Positions 1 through 11,320 of a stretch of DNA of 55,239 bases are shown in pieces; position 1 is the stretch's first letter, and every line of letters starts with the position of its first letter. Under the pieces are notes generated by a model. It saw only the letters and a list, made by a program, of their open reading frames with translations. It ran no database searches and was not told the DNA's origin. A program made the translations under genes and the position numbers. Origin of the DNA: Chromera velia. Taxonomy: Eukaryota. The DNA is taken from positions 1 through 55,239 of the forward strand of contig JAHBMJ010000152.1 in the NCBI GenBank assembly GCA_018398765.1. Reading direction: 5' to 3'.

Positions 1-421
1 CCCCCCCCCTTCCTCCTCTCTGTGGCGGCGGAGGCGCTCCTTTTCCCTCCCCAATCCACTTCTTCGCCTCTTGCACGTTTCTCTTCTCCTGCACGTCCTT
101 CTGCTTCAACTGGAAGTTGGCCTTCCCGACGTCCCTCTCGATGTCCACTGCCGTGTAGCCCTCCGGCACACCACCCCTGTTGGCCACCTGACCGATGGTC
201 ACTGCCTTCAAGGAAGACGAGACGGCGCGCTTGGTTGACGAGATCGGCTCCTGAGGGAGGCAAAGGCCGCCATGGAGAGGAGAGGAGAGGAGAGGAGAGG
301 AGAGAAAGAGCCATAAAAATGAAAGAGGCTCAATAGAGTGTTTTTGCGCAGAATTTGAACGACGACAGTTGGGGTTCCAAGACAGTCACGGTATCTTTCT
401 TTCTCTCCCTCCATCTCTTTN

Positions 422-487
<66 letters not shown>

Positions 488-2205
488 TCTCTCTCTGTCT
501 CTCTGTCTCTCTCTCAGGCATGCATGCGTGTGCACATTTCTGCTCTTTCTGTAGTCCATCTAGCTGTTGAGGGAAGTGTCTGTCTGCCTGCCTGTCTGTC
601 TGCCTGTCTGTCTGTCTGGATGAATGTCCGTGTCCGTCAGAGCAGAGCCCTCGACCGCTTCTTTTCACCCACCGCGGTTCCATCCATCCATCCATCCATG
701 TCTGTTGATGATCTAGCTCTCTTCGTCTCTTGTCCCATTCTTTTGTGTGTCGGCCTTGGTCTTCCCTCCTTCCTCCCTTCCTTGTTTTCTTCCTTTCTTC
801 CGGTGACAGGACAATTAAGAAAGAACCCCCGCACACACATCCCCTTGCCTGCCTGCCTGTCTCTCCTCTCTTCACTTCCCCCCCTGCCTGCCCGACAATG
901 CATTCCCTCGGGGGCCCATGCACCCCATGCAACAGTGTCTGTCCACCAGATTTGAAGGAAAGCAATCATGCACAGAAAGGCACCACCGTTTCAATGATCG
1001 AAGCTGAAACAGACGAGGGACAAAGACAAAAATAAAATGACGAACGGTTTGTGTTGAAATTCTCTCACTGTGCGACGTTCACACAAATTACCACCTGTGT
1101 ACTCAGACATTTTACGACATGTATCGACCCTGCTGAAGAATCATACACCTACAACAGCACACTGCAACTCCGCGCACACTCAAAACAAATGCCATTCTCA
1201 CACCAGCAATGTACCCAACAACCCACCCACCCACCGACTCACCCAAGAGAGCAGGTCTCGAGTCGCACCGAGCAGGTCGTGCACAGCAAACCCGCCCCTG
1301 GGCCCCGCAGCATGCGAGGGCCCCCCCTTCCGTTCCCCCTCCCCCCCGGCAAATCGGGCCCTGATGTCGTCCTTCCATTTCGACAACGCGGCGATGGCCT
1401 CAGCAGCCAGACTGTCCCCCCCAGACTGCCCCTGCCCCTTGTTGCTCTGGCTGCTGCTTTGTTGGAGTTTGTGGGACCACATGAAGGCCTCCACAGTGAC
1501 GTCGAGACGGCGCAGGAGGACCTCGAGGCGGTTTCGGTACTCTGAATTCATCGATTCAAGCAGGCGGTAGAGGGCGGGGGTGATCGACAGGCTGGGCAGA
1601 AGGAGGTGGGTCTTGGGAAGGGAGATGAGTTTCTGTTTTTGGGCAGAGACGGCAGGGGCTAGGGACATAGTCACGACGGCGTGGGCCTTCCCGGCGATTT
1701 CTGTTGACAGCGAGGAGGCAGCCGCTCCATTGATCGTGTCTGCCTGTAGGTGCAGAGCCTTTTGAATTCCTTGGAGAGTCTCGAGGAGTTCCCGGTCTCT
1801 TTCTGTGATGGAGGAGACGGGTACTTTCAAATCCGTGGTCGTCTGCTCCTGTGCTGAGAGGCGGGCCATGAAGAGCTCAGCGAGAACGTTACGCAGAATA
1901 TTCTGCCGCTCCTGCAAGGGGAGACTCTTCAGGTGGGGTGCAGAAGGCTTCGGAAGTCGCAGAGCTTCACAAATTTTGGGGATCTGCAAGGAAGCACTGC
2001 CGTCTCCTTTGGCTTCACTGAGGGCATGGGAAAGCCCTGGATCGCCCGACAATTCTGCAGCTTCCTGGATGCACACTACGAGCATGCCTGGAAGCTTGTC
2101 GTCGGCGAGCAAAGCCAGGACTTCATGAGACTGCAAAGTTTCCGTCTCCATGCCATCGATAGTGCGGAAAGACGCCGCAAGGGCCTTCCTGAGCGTCTCA
2201 GCCAT
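1..2205 (-). CDS. FAM98: FAM98-family protein (DUF2465; partner of the RTCB tRNA-ligase complex in animals), 3' end runs off the window
   Basis: Exon 1 is 2205-1243 (donor GTGAGT) and contains EYRNRLEVLLRRLDVTVEAFMWS and DLLGATRDL. Exon 2 starts at 250 (ctcag acceptor, phase 0) and reads EPISSTKRAVSSSLKAVTIGQVANRGGVP...RGGRGG, matching the FAM98 motifs KRLDVTVQSF.WS and KVLMGRVPDRGGRP plus an RGG tail. Confidence 0.85.
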
Positions 2206-2397
2206 CCTTGCCTCGATACTTTTGAGTCTGTCCTTGTAGAAGCGAGACCTATAGAATACAGAGAGAGAAACTGTGTGGGACTCAGTGATTGAATATCAAT
2301 GTGGCAGAAGAAACTGTTGAATTCAGGTATCAATGCGGCAGAAGGAAAAAAAAAAAAACATGATTTTTGTACTCGTGTACGCATGATGCCGGCAAAA

Positions 2398-2508
2398 GGT
2401 CCCCGGGGAGACTCGAACTCCCGACCTTCCAGTGAGTTCTCAGCGTGATCGCTCGAAGAGCGTTCTACAGCAGAAAAGTTGGGCGCCCTACCACTGAGCC
2501 ACGGGGAC
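2398..2508 (-). tRNA. tRNA-like Pol III gene, isotype undetermined, with an abnormal 56-nt anticodon arm (intron-containing tRNA, pseudo-tRNA or tRNA-like ncRNA)
   Basis: Acceptor stem GTCCCCG/CGGGGAC, D arm GCTC-AGTGGTA-GGGC (A box), variable loop AGGTC, T arm GGGAG-TTCGAGT-CTCCC (B box), followed directly by TTTT at 2397-2394. The anticodon stem CCCAA/CTGGA has only 3 pairs. Confidence 0.7.
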
Positions 2509-2573
2509 GTTGAAGTAGCGAAAGGTCCTGAAAGTACCGTAGAGCGCGGCACGGCGCCTTTCAACTCAGTTTT

Positions 2574-2663
2574 NNNNNNNNNNNNNNNNNNNNNNNNNNN
2601 NNNNNNNNNNNNNNNNNNNNNNNNNNNNNNNNNNNNNNNNNNNNNNNNNNNNNNNNNNNNNNN
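2574..2663. other. assembly gap
   Basis: Run of N. Confidence 1.
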
Positions 2664-3988
2664 GGGGGGGGGGGGGTCCTTCGAGTTTCAATAGAACGTG
2701 AGCTCTGTGTTGGTTTAATAGAACGGTTAAGAACGGTTGGGTCTTTCCACGATTAAAGTCTTTCTCCCTCATGTTTTTATCTGGTATCTGTCTCAGAGTG
2801 TCCCTCCTAAAAAAATATATATGAATATAAAGGTTTTACTCCATTTTGCTCTGTCTGTCCTCTCCCATCTTACCTGATCTCTCCTGCTTTTATTTTTCTA
2901 CCTTATTGCCGATCTATGCTGTTGAAACCACGAATGATAAACCACGCATTAAAAGTGATCGATGGTGATCGATAAACACAATTACTCATAAAATTGATAT
3001 AAATTGACACTAACTGGAAAAAGCGGAACCTTCTGATGAATTAGGCTAGATCCACCCCTCCCATGTGCACGGAGGCAGCTGCCGTACATAGCAAAACCTT
3101 CAATCAATAAGTTTTAATGAGACTAATTAAATGAGACTGTTAAAATTGGAGATAAACTGTAATTAACACATTCCATTTACCGATATGTCTGTCATATTCT
3201 TTTTTTTCCAACCTACAACATCCTTTTAGATCTTTCATCGCTATTCATCGCTATTGTGGGGCATATTCCTTCGGCTTGAAGTTCATTTTTTTTTTTAACT
3301 ATTTTAAATTTACCTTGTATCATAGATGCAAGCACATGTACCTTTGTCATTGATACACTTCCAGACTGCACGACTAGTGCATGACGCTGCGCGAGTGAAA
3401 AACACCCTGGCTCCAGCTTTGGCTCCTTTTCAACTTTGCAAGCTGAGACCTAATCATACAAAGGGGGCGGTCAGGTTTTTTCATACATTGTGGCTCAACT
3501 TGTCACTCAAGTCAATCCAGCCCCCGTTTAATTCCCTCCAGCAGGTCACTGCAGTCTTGGCGGGAGGCTGACCGATCGATAGGTGGATCGACCTATGGAG
3601 GAATTGCAAACAACAGTCACTGTCAGTCAGTCAACTTTCAGCTCCCCTTGGCTTTTCTTTAACTCCTCTTGAAGTTCTCGGTCGCCATGCACAGCTCAGA
3701 CTTGCTTCAGTTCTTCCTCCCCTGCTCCTGCTCCTGCTTCTGCTCGTGGCAGAAGGACATCGATCAGACAGTTGACGTCAGGACAGGACAGTGATGGTGG
3801 AGACAGAAGAGGGCCGAATTCTCTTCATTTCTTTGTTTCTTTCTTTGCTTCCTCCCTCCCTTCCTTTTTCTTTCTTTCTTTCCTTCCTTCCTTCCTTCCT
3901 TCTTTCCTCCATTCTTGGTGTCTTTCCTCCTTTGGCCTTCTGTTTTTTTGATGGCATCCCTGGCAAGCCCACCAGTGGAGGGGGGCGG

Positions 3989-4027
<39 letters not shown>

Positions 4028-4986
4028 ACCGAACTACTCAAGACAGGAAAGCAGCACGAAGGACTTCATTTCACTTCACATGATGCGCACGACAGGAGAC
4101 GGGGGCAGAGCCTCCGCCCCCCCCCCCCCCCNCCCCCCCTCGCTCTCTCTAACAATAAGGCAGACAGGAACAAAGTAAGGGAAGATTCTGTCTGTCTGTC
4201 TGTCGAAAATTGATCGGCTTTGCTGCGGGCTTACTCACTTTCACACGCTGCTGGATGCCCGGAGCGCACCCACTCAGTCAGTCAGGCAGACAGTCAGTGA
4301 ACGAATGAATGAAAGAATGAATGAACACTGGACGTCAGCCAGGCGGCGCGTCTTCTCTCTCCGTTGTCTGTTTGACTTCACGCATGCAATTATTTTATGT
4401 ACATTGATTGACTTATTGATTCATTGATAGATCAACTGATCTACAGAGTCATGCAGTTCTAGAAGCAGAAGCTCTGCATGCATGCAGGTCCTCCCTTCAC
4501 TTCCCTTCCCTTTCCTTCGCTGCTGCCACATATGCGTGCGCCCATGCAGGCAGGCAGGATGGATAGACGATGCATCCCTCCCTCCCTCCCTTCCTCCTTC
4601 ACTCAACGACTCACTCATTGACTCAATTGAACGAGAGAGAAGAGTACAACCAGAGATGAGAGGAGAGGACGGTCCGCTCCTTCATTCCTCCCCCCCTCCT
4701 TGCACTCTCCTTAATTGTTCCTTCCTCCCCTCCCCTCCCCTGCCTCCCTGTGCCCCACCTTCATTCATTGTTCACTTATTTATGCTCTCCTCTCATCCAT
4801 CCATCCATCCAAACCAACCACGCACTCATCCGTGCAGTTCGGAGGGAGGCGCATGCAAGGAGTGCCTCGTGGCCCCTCCCACCAGGTAGAGGCATGCATG
4901 CATGGAGCGTCCATGCCACCAACGTGGGTAGACCGACCTCCTTATTTTTGTGCATGCATGATTTAATTATGTGGTACCGAATAGAA

Positions 4987-6066
4987 TCACAAAGGTCTCT
5001 CCCCCCTCTCCTCCTCCGCATGCCCTTCTTCCCGTCCCCACGCCAAGGCTGAGGGAACTATCGGGAGGGATCCCCTGAAGTCCGGGTGATACAAAGGATG
5101 ACCCGGCCCCAAAACGATCGGGCGGTCTGTTTGAGACAGAGACAGAGAGGAGACCCCATGGCTGCCTTCTACTGCTGGTGATGCTACTGCTGTTCCCCCC
5201 GCCATCTCCAGATTCGCTTGTCGACTGTCCCGTCTCTCTTGCTCTTGCTCTTGCTCTCGCGCTTGCCGCTCACTCGCCCTCAATGCAGCCCTCTCGTGCT
5301 CTGCCCTCTTGTGAGCAATGCGTGCGTCAAGGAACTCCATCAGGTGAGAGAAGCGGGAGACAGTGTCGGTGTCTCTCAAAATCTGTCGGGAAGGAGAACG
5401 CAATTAAGAAAGGGAGCGACGGTGCATGGAGCGGTCAAACAAACAAAGAGTCAGTCAGAGAAAGAAAGAACCTGCAATAATTCTCTGTGTGTCTTCCTTT
5501 CTCTTTGAAAACGACGGAAGAAGTCAGGCGAAGGGCGACAAGACTCACACGGACGGACGGACAGACGGGCCGGCGGACGCAGAGAGAGGCGGACTGTAGG
5601 TTTTGTTTTTCCCATTTTCTGTTTTCCATATTCATGACAAAGTCACAGACAGACACACTACATGACCTGTTTCTTTTTTTCCCTTCTCATTCTTTCGATG
5701 CATACAGGAACGAAAGAAGGAAAGGAGAAAGAAGGAAAGAAGGAGAGGAGGAAAGAAAGAAAGAAGGAGAGGAGGAAAGAAAGAAAGAAGGAGAGGAGGA
5801 AAGAAAGAAAGAAGGAGAGGAGGAAAGAAAGAAAGAAGGAGAGGAGGAAAGAAAGAAAGAAGGAGAGGAGGAAAGAAGGAAAGAAGGAGAGGAGGAAAGA
5901 AAGAAAGGAGAGGAGGAAAGAAGGAAAGAAGGAGAGGAGGAAGGAAAGAAAGAAAGAAAGACAGACTTGCATCGAATCCCTTGCCCGCAGATGCAGCCGC
6001 GAGGCAATCCAGAATGAAACAGATTCCGCCTGCATGCATGCGTCACCGAGAGAGAGAGACATGCAG

Positions 6067-6097
<31 letters not shown>

Positions 6098-6940
6098 CAG
6101 CCTTCCTTACTGATGCATGTATCAAAGCCGAAAAATACGCTCAAAACAGAAATCAGCCTCTGGTGATGAGAACATACCGAGAGAAAAAGAATTCGTTTAA
6201 TTGTGTGTAACGCTCGATTGGATGGATCCAAATCCACACGGACAAAAGCTGGCACGCAGGTGTGTTTCTTCCCTTTCCTTCTCTTTCCTTCCCTTCATTC
6301 CTTTCTGGCGCGCCCACATACGGCACGTTTCTTCCTTTGGCGCATTTGGTCTCGCACCGAAGGTGAATCGAAGACTGAGAGAGACGACCGCGTATTTGCA
6401 TGTGCTCAGATTTGTTTTCAAACACGGACAGCCGGACAGGCACACATGTTAGCTTCCTCTGAGGAGATCAATTTCTCTCTTGTTGTCCGACTTTCACACA
6501 GATTCACGCATCGAAACAGACAGGCTATACGTTTCTTTAAGTCCCATCCTGCTCTTCAAGTATATTAAAACGGACAAAGAGACAGATAGCTAGGGAGGGA
6601 GGGAGAGAGAGAGGAAGAAAAGATGAGAAGAATACTCACATTTGCTGCAGTCAGTGCCGGCATCGCTGCTTGCTGCAAGCATTCCGAGAGAAAGGAAAGG
6701 CAAGGGAAAGCCTTTTCTCAGACAGTGTAGCGAGGCAAGGAATCCGAGGAGATGATGTTACAGGAAATGAAGAAGGGCTATTGCTTCCACTTTAATTACG
6801 AGTGGCTGCGTGCGCCTTCAATTTTGCAACAAGATCAAGAGACCCGCAATCGATCGGGACGTCTCGAGCGTTTACGGGGTAAGGGAGAAAATAGAATCCA
6901 GAACGATGGTGGAAGTGGAGCGGGTTGGCTCGCTTACACT

Positions 6941-6978
<38 letters not shown>

Positions 6979-8730
6979 CACACACACATGCACACACACA
7001 CACGCACACACACACACACGCACACACATAGATGCACACACCGACGTACCCACCGGTTTCTCCACAGGCACTCCCACGTCCCCGGCCTCGTTCAGCTTTG
7101 CCAGGCACCGCTTGGCGCTATCGACTGTCCTCGTCTCGTTTTCTCCTTTCTGGTCTCGGATCCCTGCGAGTGAGTGAGTGAGTGAGTGAGTGGGTGAGTA
7201 AGTAAAATATCATTCGTGGAAGTCACTTGAAGAGAAACAGAACGGAAGAAAAGTGGTGTGCATCTTTTCTCGAACCCACATCTACGCAGGCATGTCAATT
7301 AGTGAGCCTGATTTGGTTTTGTCGTCAGTCTTCTTCGTCTGCGAGGCTTGCCAGGGTATGACGTCGTCATGAAGGCGGCCAGCGTTCAATCCAACACACA
7401 ACGGCAAAGAGAGGAAGGCTCGCCCACTTCCTCATTCACTCCCTCCATCCCTCACTCACTCACTCACTCTCAAGTTTGCAGTACCAGAGATGGAAGGTGC
7501 CGTCCTGCAAGAAAGAGGAAGGAAGGCAGCAACTTGGTAAAGAAAGAAAGCGGAAGGAAGGACGGCAGCAGAAAGAAAAGGAAAGGAGGCATGATGCAGG
7601 GAAGGAGAGAAAAAGAGAAGAGACAGTCTCTTCTCTGATTGTTCCCGTACAACGCTGCCACTTTTCGTTTCACTTAATTGCTTTAGTCGCTCTCCTCATC
7701 CATCCTATTTTGAACGTTTCCCTCCTGGCTTTTCTGTACGTGGGGGCATCCAGCTACAAACGAAAGGGGAGAGATACGAATTGACTGAAAACGAAAGAGA
7801 AGAGAAGAACGTCTGGAGGAAAGAAGAGGAGGGATCAAAGCCACACCCAAACAAACATGAATGAGGGGCGAGCACACAAAGGAAAGAAAAGGGAAGGAAA
7901 GGAGGAGAAAAAAGGCCCAGCAGGGTCCATACCAACAACACAGACAGACACAGGCAGACAGGCAGGCACACAGGCAGGCAGGCAGAGCTCCCCAAATCGA
8001 CCCAGTGGAAGGAAGAATGGAAGTTGAAGGAGCTGTTCACGGTAACGGTATCCCTCTCACAGAGACATGCAACCGAAGACTTTTCAAGAGAACCTCGACG
8101 CCATTTCAGTCGGTCAGGCACAAATCGGTACAGAAAGGAAAAGCAAAGACGGGCAAACAGACAGAAACAGAGATAGAGATAGAGAGAGACGGAGATGCGG
8201 ACGTGCAGACACACCTCCACCCAGGCTTCTGTGATTCGAAGGCGCTCCTTCATTGTTGCACCCAGCTGCCACCTTCCTGCAGGCACACAGAGAGGGACAT
8301 CCATCAAGACGATTCATAATACATGCACAGCTGTCGATATTTAGACAGAACGTTTAGTCATCCACCAGGATTGGCATTTTGCAAAGAGTTGGCAAGAATG
8401 AAAGAATGGAAAGAAGGAAGCAAGAAAGCAAGGAAGCAAGCAAGGAACGAAGGAGAGGGAAGGAAAGGAAGATGGAATTGACCACCCTCCCCTGGGGACC
8501 GTTTGAGCACAAGGTTGAGAGTGAAGCCAACGCGGGAGGTGATCTTTTCCTTCCACTTTTTTCTTCTCATTGCAGACAGGCAGACAGACAGACAGACAGA
8601 CCGTCATGAAACTCAGAACATTCCTCCAGTTCCGCCACGAGTCCAATGTCCCCCTCCTTCGCAGAATACCTGCACACACACACACACACACACAGATACA
8701 CACACACAGATACACACACAGACACAGACA

Positions 8731-8770
<40 letters not shown>

Positions 8771-8807
8771 CATACACACAGATACACACACATACACACA
8801 CACAGAT

Positions 8808-8838
<31 letters not shown>

Positions 8839-8848
8839 CGCACACACG

Positions 8849-8888
<40 letters not shown>

Positions 8889-8952
8889 CACACAGATACA
8901 CACACATACACACACACAGATACACACACACACACACACACACGCACACACG

Positions 8953-8984
<32 letters not shown>

Positions 8985-10526
8985 AATACACACAGATACA
9001 CACACATACACACACACAGATACACACACACACACACACGCACACACACACACACGCACAAACACGCACACATGGAGAAAGGAAGGACGAACAAAGGGAA
9101 GGGAGGACTTGCCTCTCGAATGAGGGCAGGTACACAAACTTCCGTCCGTTTTCCACGATGCGCTTCATCATAATCCGGTACCTAGGCTCGAACAGGTGGA
9201 GACCGAGCATCTCCCCTGCAGACAGAAAGGAAGGCTGGCAGGCTCCTCACAGGCCACGTAAAAAAATTGGTCCGTGCGAGCTCTCTGTGTGCTTGCAAGC
9301 AGGGCGGGATGGGGGGTCATCTTTAATTTTTGCCGCACGCTTCGCAATCTCGACTGCAGCCCTCGACAGGGCGGAGTATCTTCGACAGTATGTGTACCTG
9401 TCCTGCGCGGGCACCAGGCGCACGTATATGTGCGTGTGCATGCATTTATTTTGATCATCGTGATTTCAGGTGAGAAAGAGAAAGGATGGCGTCTGATTCC
9501 CTTTCCTGGTTGACGCACGCACATGCTGAATCGTTTCATCAAACAAACAACCTCACCCTCTTGGTGATCTCTGCCAGAGGGACTCACTCAATCAACCCTG
9601 AATTCGACTGACCCACCCGGGACGAGAGCGCTGTTGTAGAAGAAGATGGGGAGCTGCTCTCCCAGTTCTGCCAGCTGACAATCCGCTTCTTCAGCCCTCG
9701 ACGCGTACACACCACTTCCCATCACCACCCTGCACAGACACACACGTCAATGCATGCAACGCAGCTAGAGCAACACGTAAGAGAGACAGGCAGGCGGCAG
9801 GCAGGCAGAGAGAACTCCGAAAAGTCAGAACAGCCCGGCACCTTTTTTTTACACTGGACGTATTCGTGTGTGCGAGAGTGGAGACCTATCGTTAGAATGC
9901 TCTGCGCTCGCGTGTGAGAGTGTCTGCATGGTGGCGCCTCGAAGAAGTGTTATCATTCACTCACCGGCTAGCTCGATCAGGGAGGAGGTGCAGGGGGAGA
10001 GCGAGAGGAATACAGAGAAAAAGAAAGGCGACAAAAGCGCCTGGTGAGAATTACACAAAAGGACACAGAGACATTATTCCCTTCCCCCTTCTCCTGCTTC
10101 GTTCTCCAATGCCGTCACAATCATGCTCTCTGTAGATCTCCTAGCTCTTTCTCAATCCACTCAGAGGGAGCACCGCACCAGCAGCAGCCAGGAGCGACGG
10201 TTGAAATCACGGCATCAATTCAGTGAGCAGTCCGTGGATGCATGTTCGTTTAATCTGTTCATTCATTGTATCAGAACGGACTGAATGAAGGGACCTGCCT
10301 GGAGATGTTGGCGAGCATCGTGTTCTCCTTGGCAGCCGCTGGGTCGATGTGGCACACTGCCCTGCAAGTGGGGCACTTCTTTTTGGACCTCTGTAGGGAC
10401 GTCGTCAGGCAGACCTGCAAGCTTGCAGAGCAGATCAGAATCACAGAAACATCTTCAGACATGTACGGATCTCAGTCAAACACACAAAACACACACATAC
10501 GCACGCACGCACACGAACTTTCACAC

Positions 10527-10574
<48 letters not shown>

Positions 10575-10994
10575 GGACACAAACACATCGGAATTCCCAC
10601 TCATCAGAATGTTTCTCACATCTATTCACTAGCGCATATTGTGGTCTAGGGGCATGAACTCTGTTTCGATATCAGCAAATTGCCCCGGCCGACCGACCTT
10701 GCAGAACGTGTGACCACAGCCGAGGGAGACAGGACGCACGACCGTCGAAATACAGACAGAGCACTGAAGAACGTTTTCCAATTCCGTCTGCACAGAGAGA
10801 GGAAGGGAGAGAGAGGCCAGTGCCTCGCCAACTCCTTTTCCTAGACCACCAATTTCGCCTACTTTCCCCGTGTCAGTCAGGGGAGCGGGAGCAGCGGGAG
10901 CACAAAACGACTGAGAACTGGTTGAAAGCGACGGGGCGTCTCCGTCTCCTTCGCCCGTTTGTGCCGTTCCCATACTTTCGTCTCTTCGCAGCAT
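4987..10994 (-). CDS. LONRF: LON peptidase N-terminal domain and RING finger protein (LONRF-like E3 ligase), about 12 exons
   Basis: Phase-consistent exons 10994-10698, 10414-10299, 9729-9617, 9215-9113, 8669-8602, 8276-8215, 7504-7468, 7163-7050, 6672-6640, 6374-6322, 6029-5967, 5382-4987. C3HC4 RING CSVC...[14 protein letters not shown]...CPTC, then Lon-N motifs LPIF...[26 protein letters not shown] and SFWIASRL. The start could instead be 10973. Confidence 0.9.
5725..5955 (+). repeat. intronic 24-bp purine minisatellite (GAAGGAGAGGAGGAAAGAAAGAAA), about 9 copies
   Basis: Direct tandem units inside the last LONRF intron. Confidence 0.9.
8672..9071 (+). repeat. higher-order compound (CA)n/(GA)n repeat, about 3 units of 100-120 bp
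   Basis: The block CA-run, GATA, GA-run, CATACACACAGATACAC recurs and fills one intron. Confidence 0.85.
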
Positions 10995-11320
10995 TCTTAA
11001 TGGACTCGGCGTAAGAAAAGAAGGCCAACTACCAGGAGGACTGTTTGAAAATTCGCAGTAGAAAAAACAGTCTGAAGAAACCAGACGACTGCACGACGCA
11101 GACTTCCCAGACTTCAGAATGATTGCATGCACGTCTCCACCTCTTCTGTCCTCTTCTCGTTCCCAAGCTGGTCCAAAAGAGAAAAATCAACTTGCAAGCT
11201 TCCTTGAGGCCCACTTCAGGGTCTTCCTGGTCTACATACGCCCGAAGAGTGGTCGGAGTTCGCGTTTCGTATATCTGCGGCAATCAGTGCCAATCACTCA
11301 TTCTGAATGATTAAGTGATA

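Noticed and set aside
2455..2475. CTGTAGA within the tRNA-like gene read as a tRNA-Tyr(GTA) anticodon loop
   Set aside because: It is out of register with the D arm and would need an extra 8-nt excision. G1-C72 and C73 do not fit eukaryotic tRNA-Tyr identity (C1-G72, A73).
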